From Candidatus Bathyarchaeia archaeon (GTDB lineage: Archaea; Thermoproteota; Bathyarchaeia; 40CM-2-53-6; DTGE01): a DNA stretch of 64,000 nucleotides. Positions 8,924 through 18,299 of the stretch are shown in pieces (position 1 is the stretch's first letter; each line of letters opens with the position of its first letter). Location: contig JAWCKG010000006.1 in assembly GCA_038852285.1 (NCBI GenBank), forward strand, positions 14,955 through 78,954, in the 5' to 3' direction. Position numbers and translations under genes: made by a program. Under the pieces are notes generated by a model that was not told the DNA's origin, did not search any database, and worked only from the letters and a program-made list of their open reading frames with translations.

Positions 8924-11900
8924 ATGATGGCTGTTGAGGGACAGAAATCCATCGACGGCATACAGTTCACCCTCATGTCGCCTAACGAGTTGAGAAAGCT
9001 CTCCGTTGTGGAGGTTCAAACCGCCGACACATATGATGAAGATGGGGTTCCCATCGTTTCAGGGCTGATGGATGGAAGGCTTGGAACCCTAGAGCCCAGG
9101 CAGAAATGTAAAACATGCGGAAACACCGCTTCAAACTGTCCAGGGCATTTCGGACACATAGAGCTCGCCGAGCCCGTCATACACACCTCCTTCGCGAAGG
9201 TCATCTACAAGATTCTCTCCGCGATATGCAGGAACTGCGGTCGAGTAAAGCTGTCGGAGGAAAGAATCCAGCGGTACAAGGCGATCGTGGAGGAGAAAAC
9301 GAGGATTCTAAGCATGGTTCCAAGCATGGTGTATGAGAACGCCTTTAAGGAGGCGAAGAAAATCCAGGAATGTCCCCACTGCGGGGCGAAGCAATACCCC
9401 ATAGAGTTCATCAAGCCAACCAGCTTTCACGAGCTTATCGACGGAGGCGCTGTCAGACTTACCCCAAGCGCCATCAGGGAGAGGTTTGAGAGGATTCCAG
9501 ATGAAGACTTGAAGGTTTTCGGGTTAAACCCTAAAACCGCTAGGCCTGAGTGGATGATCCTGCAGGTCTTACCGGTCCCGCCTGTGAACGTGAGGCCCTC
9601 CATCACCTTGGAGTCAGGGATCAGGTCTGAGGACGATTTAACGCATAAACTCGTGGACATCATCAGGATAAACCAGAAGCTAAAGGAAGCCTTGGACTCA
9701 GGGGTTCCCGTGAACATAATCCAAGAGCTGCACGACCTGCTCCAGTACCATGTCACCACCTACTTCGACAACGAGGTTTCAGGCCTACCGCCGGCGAGGC
9801 ATAGGTCTGGGCGAGCCTTAAAAACCATATCCCAGAGGCTTAAAGGCAAGGAGGGTAGGTTTAGAGGAAACCTTTCAGGTAAAAGGGTGGATTTCTCAGC
9901 TAGAACCGTGATCTCCCCGGATCCAAACCTTGAGCTGAACGAGGTAGGCGTCCCCATACACGTCGCCCTCAGGCTCACGGTGCCTGAGAGGGTGAATGAA
10001 TGGAACCTGGAGGAGATGAAGAAGCTGGTGATCAACGGCCCTGACAAGTATCCTGGAGCCCTCTACATCATCAGGCCGGATCATCGGAGGATCAGGCTTG
10101 AATTCGTGTTGGATAGGGAGGGGCTTGCTGAAGCCCTTCAACCCGGCTTCATCGTGGAGCGCCACATAAAAGACGGGGACATAGTGCTCTTCAACAGGCA
10201 GCCCTCGCTTCACCGAATGTCCATCATGGCCCATAAGGTGAAGGTGTTACCGTACAAAACCTTCAGGTTGAACCCATGCGTATGCCCCCCCTACAACGCC
10301 GACTTCGACGGAGATGAAATGAACCTTCATGTGCCTCAAAGCGAGGAGGCTAGAACCGAGGCCCAAATACTGATGCAAGTTCAGGATCAAATCCTCTCCC
10401 CGAGGTACGGGGGCCCGATCATAGGGGCGATTAGAGACCTGCTCACATCGGCCTTCCTGCTGACGAAGAAGGGCACCTATCTAACTAAGGAAGAGGTTTC
10501 CAGGCTGATCACGGCGACGGGGTACGATGGCCCGTTACCTGAACCTGAAGTCAAAAAGCCAAAGCCCATGTGGAGTGGAAAACAGCTCTTCAGCCTATAC
10601 ATCCCAAAGGGAATGAACTTTGTTTCCAAGTCGAACCTCTGCAACGCGTATAAATGTGAAACATGCTTGAAAGAGGCTTGTCCACACGACGCCTACGTGG
10701 TGGTGAAGAACGGCGTCCTGGTTAAAGGTGTGATAGATAAAACATCCATCGGAGCTGAAAAATCTGAAAGCCTATTCCACAGGATCGTGAAGGATTATGG
10801 ACATGAGGAAGGTAGGAGGTTCCTTGACTCCGTGTCGCGGCTGCTGGAAAGGTTCCTGACGCTGAAAGGCTTCTCGTATGGTTTAGATGAGCTTGACGTA
10901 TCCGAGTCTGTTAAAGAAAAGATCAACAAGGCGATTAAACAGGCGGAGAAAAGGGTTGACGAGCTCATCGAAAGCTATAAATCCGGAGCCTTACAGAGGC
11001 TTCCAGGCCAAACCTTAGAGGACTCCTTAGAGCTATACATAATGAACGAGTTGTCCAAGGTTAGGGACCTAGCTGGAGAATACGCTGAAAGCTTCTTCAA
11101 CGTAGACAACGCCGGCGTGGTGATGACGAGGTCGGGGGCCAGGGGGTCGATGCTGAACATAGGGCAAATGGCCGCCTGCGTGGGGCAGCAATCCATAAGG
11201 GGTAAAAGAATACTGCGAGGTTACAGGGATAGGGCCTTACCTTTCTTCCGGCCAATGGACGCGGGGGCTGAGGCGAGGGGGTTCGTCTACGCCTCCTACA
11301 GGGATGGACTAACCCCCATAGAGTTTTTCTTCCACGCCATGGGTGGCAGGGAGGGGCTTGTGGACACAGCTGTGAGAACCCAGCAGAGCGGTTACATGCA
11401 GAGGCGTCTCATAAACGCCCTGGAGCATATACGCGTCGAATACGATGGGACAGTAAGGGACTCTGAAGGCAACATCGTGCAGTTTAAGTATGGTGAGGAC
11501 GGCGTGGACGCCGCTAAAAGCGATCACGGTAAGGCCGTTAACGTTGAAAGGATCATTGAGAGGGTGAAGCTGGAGATTCGTGAAGGAGAGCCCGCCTCCA
11601 AGCAGTATGTCGAGTCAAAGGTTGAGTCGGTTAGGGAGGAGTTAAGCTCCATGCTGGTTAAAACCCTCAGGAGAGAGCTGGTTAAGGCGGCGTTGCCTAG
11701 GAGGGGAGTGGACATGGTGGTTAAGCTGGTGTTGGAAAACTATAAAAACGCCTTGATAGAGGCTGGGGAGGCCGCTGGCATCGTTTCAGCCCAATCCATA
11801 GGTGAGCCTGGAACACAGATGACGCTGAGAACATTCCACTTCGCCGGAGTCAGGGAGCAAAACGTCACCCTAGGCCTTCCAAGGCTCATAGAAATCGTGG

Positions 11901-12748
11901 ACGCCCGCAAAAACCCCTCCACCCCGATCATGACCGTTTACCTGGACGATGAGCATAGGAAAAACCATAGCAAAGCGGAGAAGGTGGCCTTGGAGATTAC
12001 GCATACAACACTCGGCGATGTAGCTGAGGGATTTGAATCCGACATAACCAGCATGAAAATCAAGGTCCTCTTAGACAAGGAGTCTATGCAGAAGAGGAAC
12101 GTAAAGATGAAAAACGTGTTGGAAGCCCTTCAGATTCCGAGCTGCGAGTTAAAGTTCACGGAGGACTTTGTTGAGCTTGAAGTGAAAGACAGGGACATCC
12201 CCCAGTTCAAGAGGCTGCTCGCAAGGCTTCCCCATCAAACGGTTAAGGGAATCCCATCCATAAAGAGGGCGTTGGTAGTTGAGGAAAACGGGGAGTGGTT
12301 GATCAAAACGGAGGGGTCTAGTTTGGGAGCCGTGCTCTCCACGCCTGGAGTTGACCCTACAAGGACCGTCACCAATAACGTTTACGAGGTGGCTGAAGTG
12401 CTGGGAATAGAGGCGGCTAGAAACGTCATCATCAAGGAGGCCTTAAACGTGTTGGAGGAGCAGGGCTTGGACGTGGATGTGAGGCATGTGATGTTGGTCG
12501 CCGACGCCATGACGGCTACTGGCGAAATCTTGCAGGTTGGCAGACACGGCGTTAGCAGCGAGAAAGCCAGCACCCTGGCTAAGGCCGCCTTCGAAATCAC
12601 GGTTCCAACATTGGTGGACGCGGCTATCAGGGGAGCATGGGATGAGTTGAAGGGTGTCGCGGAGAACGTCATAGTTGGACAGCAGATCCCGATGGGAACA
12701 GGGCTAATAGACGTTTATATGTCCATGCGCGGCACCCGTCAGAAGTAA
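8924..12748 (+). CDS. rpoA: DNA-directed RNA polymerase subunit A, single unsplit gene (A' plus A'' equivalents)
   Basis: 1274 aa in one continuous frame. Carries an N-terminal Zn motif CKTCGN...CPGHFGH, the catalytic NADFDGDEMN loop and an A''-like C-terminal third (GEPGTQMTLRTFHFAG). There is no stop or restart at the usual A'/A'' junction. Confidence 0.93.
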   Translation: MMAVEGQKSIDGIQFTLMSPNELRKLSVVEVQTADTYDEDGVPIVSGLMDGRLGTLEPRQKCKTCGNTASNCPGHFGHIELAEPVIHTSFAKVIYKILSAICRNCGRVKLSEERIQRYKAIVEEKTRILSMVPSMVYENAFKEAKKIQECPHCGAKQYPIEFIKPTSFHELIDGGAVRLTPSAIRERFERIPDEDLKVFGLNPKTARPEWMILQVLPVPPVNVRPSITLESGIRSEDDLTHKLVDIIRINQKLKEALDSGVPVNIIQELHDLLQYHVTTYFDNEVSGLPPARHRSGRALKTISQRLKGKEGRFRGNLSGKRVDFSARTVISPDPNLELNEVGVPIHVALRLTVPERVNEWNLEEMKKLVINGPDKYPGALYIIRPDHRRIRLEFVLDREGLAEALQPGFIVERHIKDGDIVLFNRQPSLHRMSIMAHKVKVLPYKTFRLNPCVCPPYNADFDGDEMNLHVPQSEEARTEAQILMQVQDQILSPRYGGPIIGAIRDLLTSAFLLTKKGTYLTKEEVSRLITATGYDGPLPEPEVKKPKPMWSGKQLFSLYIPKGMNFVSKSNLCNAYKCETCLKEACPHDAYVVVKNGVLVKGVIDKTSIGAEKSESLFHRIVKDYGHEEGRRFLDSVSRLLERFLTLKGFSYGLDELDVSESVKEKINKAIKQAEKRVDELIESYKSGALQRLPGQTLEDSLELYIMNELSKVRDLAGEYAESFFNVDNAGVVMTRSGARGSMLNIGQMAACVGQQSIRGKRILRGYRDRALPFFRPMDAGAEARGFVYASYRDGLTPIEFFFHAMGGREGLVDTAVRTQQSGYMQRRLINALEHIRVEYDGTVRDSEGNIVQFKYGEDGVDAAKSDHGKAVNVERIIERVKLEIREGEPASKQYVESKVESVREELSSMLVKTLRRELVKAALPRRGVDMVVKLVLENYKNALIEAGEAAGIVSAQSIGEPGTQMTLRTFHFAGVREQNVTLGLPRLIEIVDARKNPSTPIMTVYLDDEHRKNHSKAEKVALEITHTTLGDVAEGFESDITSMKIKVLLDKESMQKRNVKMKNVLEALQIPSCELKFTEDFVELEVKDRDIPQFKRLLARLPHQTVKGIPSIKRALVVEENGEWLIKTEGSSLGAVLSTPGVDPTRTVTNNVYEVAEVLGIEAARNVIIKEALNVLEEQGLDVDVRHVMLVADAMTATGEILQVGRHGVSSEKASTLAKAAFEITVPTLVDAAIRGAWDELKGVAENVIVGQQIPMGTGLIDVYMSMRGTRQK

Positions 12749-12759
12749 GGTGAAGCCCA

Positions 12760-13080
12760 TTGGACGTGAAGACGCAGCTGAGAATCGCGGTTTCAACAGG
12801 CGAGGTTTTGATAGGCGCCTCCCAGACTCTGAAGGCTTTGAAGGCTGGGAAGGCGAGGCTCATCATCTTATCGAGTAAATGCCCCCAAAAGCTCGGGGCT
12901 GAGCTGAGAGCCATCGCCAACCGCTTGAAGATTCCGGTATACGTGTTTGAGGGGGATGGGAAGCAGCTTGGAGCCGCCGCTGGAAAGCCCTTTCCAGTTT
13001 CAGCCCTGACGGTGAAGAAGCCTGGGGACTCAAGGATCCTAGAGTTGGCCGACGCGGCCTCGACAACCGGTGAAGCGTAG
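12760..13080 (+). CDS. rpl30e: 50S ribosomal protein L30e
   Basis: KALKAGKARLIILSS...IPVYVFEGDGKQLGAAAGKPF pattern, and the canonical position after rpoA. Confidence 0.85.
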   Translation: MDVKTQLRIAVSTGEVLIGASQTLKALKAGKARLIILSSKCPQKLGAELRAIANRLKIPVYVFEGDGKQLGAAAGKPFPVSALTVKKPGDSRILELADAASTTGEA

Positions 13081-13515
13081 ATGTCTTCGAGGATCAAGTT
13101 AACCGGAGAGGAAATGCGATACATCGCCTTGTTTGAAAGCGTTACCAAGGCAACGGTGATGGACTGCCTAATAGACGACAAGTCGAATCGGCTGATCTTC
13201 GTGACGAAGCAGGGAGACATGGGGCTCGCCATCGGCAGGGGTGGAAGGAACATAAATATGCTGAGGAAAATGATCGGTAGGCCCATCGAGGTAGTAGAGT
13301 ACAGTGAAACCCCTGAAGATTTGATCAGAAACTCGCTTTCGCCCGCGAAGGTTAGGAACATCAGGATGGCCGCTAGACCTGACAAGAAAATCATGGTTGT
13401 TGAGGTTGAGCCTAAGGATAAGGCGTTAGCCATAGGTAAAAACGGCAGGACCATCGACAAAACTAGGATGCTGGCTAAAAGATACTTCCAAGTTGACCAT
13501 GTTTTAATAGTATAA
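13081..13515 (+). CDS. nusA: archaeal NusA-like termination factor (two KH domains)
   Basis: Two KH GXXG motifs (IGRGGRNINMLRKM and IGKNGRTIDKTRML). Canonical position after rpl30e. Confidence 0.85.
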   Translation: MSSRIKLTGEEMRYIALFESVTKATVMDCLIDDKSNRLIFVTKQGDMGLAIGRGGRNINMLRKMIGRPIEVVEYSETPEDLIRNSLSPAKVRNIRMAARPDKKIMVVEVEPKDKALAIGKNGRTIDKTRMLAKRYFQVDHVLIV

Positions 13516-13556
13516 TGTAGTAACGGTTTAATACCCCGGTTTCTTCAATTCCACTC

Positions 13557-15059
13557 ATGGGGAGGTTCTTCACAGGCCATCAAATATTCGACTTCATATC
13601 CTCCATCCCTGAGGGAGCGGCCCTCCTATTAACCGACGAAACAGGCTTTGAGGCCCCGATGTTTTTAAACGCGTTGTTACGCGGCCTCCTCGGCAAAGAA
13701 GGAGCCGTGTTCATTTCAGCTGAACCAACACCCATAGACCTCAAGGTTGAGAGGGTCAGGTTGGAGGAGATACCTGACATCACCGTCCTCAGCTTTGAAG
13801 TGGAAAAGGTGAGGAGATCCCTAAAGGACGGATGCTTAATCATCCACGGCTATCTCCATCACGTGCTCATCAGGGAGGAGGAAGACAGGATCCTTAAGGT
13901 GATTGAAAGCTGGAGGGAAAGGGCCGCGAACAGCAGAATAGTGGAGATATTTCTTTTACGCAGAGACGCGTTTCCTTCTTTCGAGAAAAAACTGCACTCC
14001 CTCACAGCTGGCTCGATAAACATCGAGGTAAACCGATCTGGTAAAGAGGTGGAATTCTCCTTTAAAATGGTGGGTTGCTGTAAACCAGAGCACCACCTTA
14101 AGGAATTTCCATTTCAAGTCAAAGATGGACGCCTGCTGATAAAGTGGGGTGAGGAGTTCACCGACCAACTCCCACTGGAGGGCGAGGACGCCGTTAAAAA
14201 CCGTTTAAAATATTTACAGGAAAACGTTAACTCGATAAGGATTGTGGAAAGCGGTAGGTTCGAGTCACCCAACCCATACGAGCGATGGCTGTTTTCCCAG
14301 GTTAAAGGCATGAAGCTTACCGAAATCAACATGCTTTTTCCCGAGAAGTTTAGTGAACTGCTGGAAAAAATCGCTACCTGGAGTGTTAAGGGCTACGTTA
14401 GATTCGAGTCTACTCAAAACCAGGCCCCCCCACCACCCAGGGATCGCGTCAAGCTCACTACTAGGATGGCCCTTGCTTTCCCAACGCCTATAGCCCTATT
14501 TTTCCTGAGGCGGAGGGCTCACACCATACCCATAAAGGTTTACCACACACTCAGGAAGTCTGTGGAGGCTTTTCTATCCATCCAGTTACCTGGCAAGGAT
14601 CTAAAGGACGAATTAGCGGAAATGGAGCTGCGCTTTCAAGAGGTGACCGCCCGACTTACCGCTATTGACGTTTATCTAGAAATCGGCGAGGACCCGAGGA
14701 CTAGGCTTGACCTGAGATACCTGCCCAAAATCATCTCGCTAACCATGTACTATGGATATGGCCTTAAACCGAGGGTGGCGAAGTTAAACGACTACGAATA
14801 CGAAGTATCCTTCCCAGACTGCTTCATCTGCAGGGATGTTGTTGGAGGACCCGCCTGCCAACTTTTAGCCGGAACGATGGTTGGGGGCTGCTCCATAGTG
14901 TTTAAGGAGCGGTTCACCTGTAACGAAGTGGAATGTAAAGCTTCAGGGGGAAAGGCGTGCGTCTTCAGGCTAAGCGTTAAAGTTCCAGCTGAACGTCAAA
15001 GGGGTCTTGAATCCTTAATCCCTTCGCTTTTAAAGCCTAGGAGTCGTGGGGTAACGTGA
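13557..15059 (+). CDS. hypothetical protein: N-terminal KaiC/DUF835-like domain without a P-loop, C-terminal V4R-like Cys domain
   Basis: The N-terminus resembles DUF835/RecA-fold modules but has no GxxxxGK[ST]. The C-terminus CFICRDV...CQLLAGTMVGGC...CNEVECKASGGKACVF resembles the V4R small-molecule-binding domain. Confidence 0.45.
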   Translation: MGRFFTGHQIFDFISSIPEGAALLLTDETGFEAPMFLNALLRGLLGKEGAVFISAEPTPIDLKVERVRLEEIPDITVLSFEVEKVRRSLKDGCLIIHGYLHHVLIREEEDRILKVIESWRERAANSRIVEIFLLRRDAFPSFEKKLHSLTAGSINIEVNRSGKEVEFSFKMVGCCKPEHHLKEFPFQVKDGRLLIKWGEEFTDQLPLEGEDAVKNRLKYLQENVNSIRIVESGRFESPNPYERWLFSQVKGMKLTEINMLFPEKFSELLEKIATWSVKGYVRFESTQNQAPPPPRDRVKLTTRMALAFPTPIALFFLRRRAHTIPIKVYHTLRKSVEAFLSIQLPGKDLKDELAEMELRFQEVTARLTAIDVYLEIGEDPRTRLDLRYLPKIISLTMYYGYGLKPRVAKLNDYEYEVSFPDCFICRDVVGGPACQLLAGTMVGGCSIVFKERFTCNEVECKASGGKACVFRLSVKVPAERQRGLESLIPSLLKPRSRGVT

Positions 15060-16280
15060 ATAGAAGGCCTTTAACGGCCTAATGCCCATTAAAGCCTTAA
15101 ACAACCTATAAGCCATTCTTGGGCCAAGTTTGAAGAGCATTCGGAAGTAGTCCGCCCTACCAATTTCCCCGAGGAAGCTGGTTGAATGATACGTTTTCTT
15201 AAGCCCCAACGCGTGGAAGAAGGATCTCACCTCTCCCGGCTTGGATTCGAGGAGGAACTCCTTTAAAGCGTTATTCACGGTGTGTTTTAACCCGAATCGC
15301 CGCGCAACCGCCAAATTATATGACCATAGTTTCTCCGTAATGGATTCTCGGTCTTGTAAAGCTTTGACCAAGGCGTCGGCGGACATGGAAGCTGAGTTCA
15401 AAGCCGGGCCGATTCCCCCGCCGTTCAACGGGTTTGCTAGAAACGCCGCGTCCCCCACCGCCATCACGTTGCTCCAACATGGATACTTTAACGGCGCCCT
15501 TAAGGGTACAAAGCCAATTCCCGATGTTAAAGCCTTGCCTTGAACTTCCAGCCTAGCCCTGAACGCCTTAAACCTCTCGACGATGTCTACGACGTTCGTG
15601 AGGCTGACGGGCATCAATATTCCAATGTTCGCCTTAGCCCCTTCCTTGGGGATGATCCAGCAGTATCCCCCAGGAGTTAAATTCCAGTCGTAAAACAGCT
15701 TACAGTATTCTCCCCCATCCTCTTTTAACCGGCATATTTCCCTGTACCCGACCCCTATTTCAAAACTCCGCGGCATCTCCCTGAGAGGCCAATCCTCAGG
15801 TAACATGGTCCTCACAACACCTTGCACACCGCTCGCGTCGACAACGACCTCGCCGTTTACCCTATATTTTCCACGGGTCCACCTTCTTCCCTCGACTCCT
15901 ACGACGCGTCCCCCTTTTATGATCAGCCTTCTAACATGGGAACCGTCATGCAAATTTACCCCTGAATCCAAAGCTCTTTCGAGAAGCTCCTGACCCAGCG
16001 TCAACCGGTCTATGGAGTATCCCTCTCCCTCCACCGTGAAAGCAAGCTTGTTTGAAAAATAGAATTCAACGCCTCTTAGCTTTTTTTCAACGCTTTGAGG
16101 CAGGGGCACGTTGGCCTCTGAAAATTCATGCTTTCCAACCCCATCTCCGCACACTTTCTCCCCTATCCTGTCGGAAGGCTTCCGCTCCAGCAGGCAAACC
16201 TTGAATCCCTTGGAAGCGACCTTCTGAGAAACTACGCAACCTGCCAACCCAGCCCCAACTACTGCAACCTCAAAGTTCAC
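15030..16280 (-). CDS. geranylgeranyl reductase family FAD-dependent oxidoreductase
   Basis: N-terminal dinucleotide fold VAVVGAGLAGC...LLERK, then GEKVCGDGV and the GDAA motif (VGDAAFLANPLNGGGI). At 416 aa. Confidence 0.8.
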   Translation of the reverse strand: MNFEVAVVGAGLAGCVVSQKVASKGFKVCLLERKPSDRIGEKVCGDGVGKHEFSEANVPLPQSVEKKLRGVEFYFSNKLAFTVEGEGYSIDRLTLGQELLERALDSGVNLHDGSHVRRLIIKGGRVVGVEGRRWTRGKYRVNGEVVVDASGVQGVVRTMLPEDWPLREMPRSFEIGVGYREICRLKEDGGEYCKLFYDWNLTPGGYCWIIPKEGAKANIGILMPVSLTNVVDIVERFKAFRARLEVQGKALTSGIGFVPLRAPLKYPCWSNVMAVGDAAFLANPLNGGGIGPALNSASMSADALVKALQDRESITEKLWSYNLAVARRFGLKHTVNNALKEFLLESKPGEVRSFFHALGLKKTYHSTSFLGEIGRADYFRMLFKLGPRMAYRLFKALMGIRPLKAFYSRYPTTPRL

Positions 16281-16315
16281 GTCGACGACCCTTAAAGAAA
16301 GTCTCCGCGTGGAGG

Positions 16316-17548
16316 TTAAATGATGTATCGGTTGTAGGGTAGGATTTGATCGGAGACGGTTGGCTTCAAAACCTTAACCAGCTTTAGAGGGCTTTTGGCC
16401 TCGATTAACCATTTTCTTATGGCGAACAGCCTTAACAGGTAAGCGTTGAAAATTAACGCGTCTACGTCGATCAGGTTTGTGCAGTCCCTGGCTTCCTCCA
16501 GTTTCTCCACGCCTTTCAAGAAAATTAGGTCACCCAGCTGCACCGCCTCATCGAACACACCTGACCGCTCTAGAATTTTCGACGCATTCTCAGTGGGCTG
16601 TGTAAGATCGTTTTCGTCGCAGTGGCCTCTGTCCAAGGCGAGGTAGGCGACGCTGTTCCAAATGTTGTGGGATATGTCCACTTTAAAGTCAGCTACGTCA
16701 TCGTATATGTTGCATCCCTTAAATATCAGGTCTATGGCTTTCCTGACGCTTTCCATGGCCCGGTATTCGCCTTCCTCAAGGTCGTGAAAAGCCTCCAAAA
16801 AGCAGAAATCCACGTCAATCCAAATTCTGCCAACCCCTTTCTCGTTCACGTTTAAAAGAAACTCTTTAATTCCGATTTTCGATCTTTCACCTGCCTTCCC
16901 ATCCACTTTTTGACGCATCGATTCCATCTGCCCCTTGAAGTATCTGTCCATGTCCGCTTGGAAAATTTTATACGTAGTCGAATTGGGATCCACATGGGAG
17001 GACAGGATTTGACATGTAATCCCAGCCAACGCGTACGTGGAGTTTTCAGCTTTGCTTAACGTGGTGTTGGCGTTGGGAAGCCTAAAGTGTGGGTTCAAGA
17101 AGGCTTGGCGTTGAATTTCCATCGTTTTTACGGCTCGTTCATCGCGGTGATGTTCGTCGTTGAGGTTGTCTAACGCCTTTATGCTCGAGATCTCGGAAGT
17201 CTTAGCGACGACTGGAGCTTCGATTTTTTCCCCCATAACCTTACTTAGAATCGGGAAGGAGCTCACTACGGCTAGGTAGGCTCCGTAATGGTAGTGTTTC
17301 CTTTTCAGAATCCTCCTACAGATGAGCTCGTCGAAGGGGAGGCACTCAGCCTTGGATAAGGCCTTAGAGGCTGATGCTTCAAAAGAGGTTATTGACCGCC
17401 TTAGTGTTGGAGCCGTTTTTTGAACCTTCATGGATGGCCATCTATTGGCGTAGGCCAGTAAGGATAGCGCTGAAAGCTTATATAGTGGGTTTAAGCCCTC
17501 ATGATCCCCGGAGGGGTTTTCCAGGGAACTTTTCATGGTAACCATCAC
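16316..17548 (-). CDS. hypothetical protein, divergent squalene/phytoene-synthase-like (class I isoprenoid synthase fold)
   Basis: Three collinear motifs resemble the head-to-head prenyl synthases: LDNLNDE (aa 126-132; compare DDxxDD), TYALAGIT (aa 171-178; compare YxxxVAGxVG) and CNIYDDVADFKVD (aa 279-291; compare NIxRDxxED). It lies 35 nt upstream of the GGR-family gene on the same strand. Confidence 0.4.
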   Translation of the reverse strand: MMVTMKSSLENPSGDHEGLNPLYKLSALSLLAYANRWPSMKVQKTAPTLRRSITSFEASASKALSKAECLPFDELICRRILKRKHYHYGAYLAVVSSFPILSKVMGEKIEAPVVAKTSEISSIKALDNLNDEHHRDERAVKTMEIQRQAFLNPHFRLPNANTTLSKAENSTYALAGITCQILSSHVDPNSTTYKIFQADMDRYFKGQMESMRQKVDGKAGERSKIGIKEFLLNVNEKGVGRIWIDVDFCFLEAFHDLEEGEYRAMESVRKAIDLIFKGCNIYDDVADFKVDISHNIWNSVAYLALDRGHCDENDLTQPTENASKILERSGVFDEAVQLGDLIFLKGVEKLEEARDCTNLIDVDALIFNAYLLRLFAIRKWLIEAKSPLKLVKVLKPTVSDQILPYNRYII

Positions 17549-17583
17549 CCTTGGCGAAGGCTTGTGAGGGTAAAGTTTATATT

Positions 17584-17635
17584 ATGTGTCAAATATGTTA
17601 CATATTAATAATTTATTGTAACATATATGACACAT
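17584..17635. promoter_or_regulatory. large palindromic operator-like site between divergent genes
   Basis: ATGTGTCAAATATGTTACA (17584-17602) and TGTAACATATATGACACAT (17617-17635) are reverse complements with one mismatch. They are separated by a 14-nt AT-only spacer and flanked by TATA-like boxes facing both ways. Confidence 0.6.
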
Positions 17636-17710
17636 AAACATCGATCGATAACATATTTAAATCTTTCGTCTATTTGAAACAAAAAATCCAAGCTAAAGGG
17701 GGTTAAAGCC

Positions 17711-17983
17711 ATGACGAGCAAGAAGGTAGTTCGCGAGGAGAAGACGCTGCTCGCCGAGCAACAGTATAGGGGGGCGACGCAGAAAAGACACGCTACAGTA
17801 AGGATCCCTAGAGGTATGGTGGAGGCTGTGGAGGGTTTCCTGAAAACTGAGCAGGCTGCCAAGATGGGCTTCGACAGCAAAGCAGATGTGGTTACAGCGG
17901 CCATTAGAAACCTGCTGATAGAATATGGGTTTTACAAAATCTATAGAAAAAAGGAAGGCGGGCCCGTCGATTACAAGCCTTAA
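17711..17983 (+). CDS. ribbon-helix-helix (CopG/Arc-like) DNA-binding protein
   Basis: RHATVRIPRGMVEAVEGFLK...SKADVVTAAIRNLL fits the beta-strand, helix, helix RHH pattern. It is transcribed divergently from the palindrome. Confidence 0.55.
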   Translation: MTSKKVVREEKTLLAEQQYRGATQKRHATVRIPRGMVEAVEGFLKTEQAAKMGFDSKADVVTAAIRNLLIEYGFYKIYRKKEGGPVDYKP

Positions 17984-18299
17984 GAAAACCGACGTATTCT
18001 CTTCTGAGGAATTTGAAGGACAAAATGACTTCCTTCTCTAAGTAAAGAAGTGAAAGCTTAGGATTGCGCTGAGAAACGAACACATGATGGCGGAGACATT
18101 TTTAGCGATGAATGTTTCAGGCGAGCTACTATGCGACCTGGAGGGTGTTAAACCTCTGCTTGGAGCTGGAAGGATTAACTTTCAACAAGCTGGTGGCGTG
18201 GCCTTATGTACGTATCTTCAGAAGGTCAGTGCTCTAGGCATCCTTTTAGAGTCAACTACCGCCCTCATTTCCATGTAAAGGGCCTCCTCTGAAATTAAG

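Noticed and set aside
5578-12748. Inteins or other insertions in rpoB and rpoA (also considered for leuS).
   Set aside because: The lengths (1114, 1274 and 977 aa) match intein-free homologs. No Cys/Ser...HN-Cys splice-junction blocks are visible.
12669-13460. 263-aa ORF antisense to rpl30e and nusA. Similar long antisense ORFs occur at 1536..2177, 5385..5888, 7923..8405, 33425..34165, 41373..41882 and 48922..49488.
   Set aside because: Each lies opposite a gene with unmistakable family motifs. The translations are low-complexity (Ser/Pro/Ala/Leu-rich) with no recognisable domains, which is typical of shadow ORFs.
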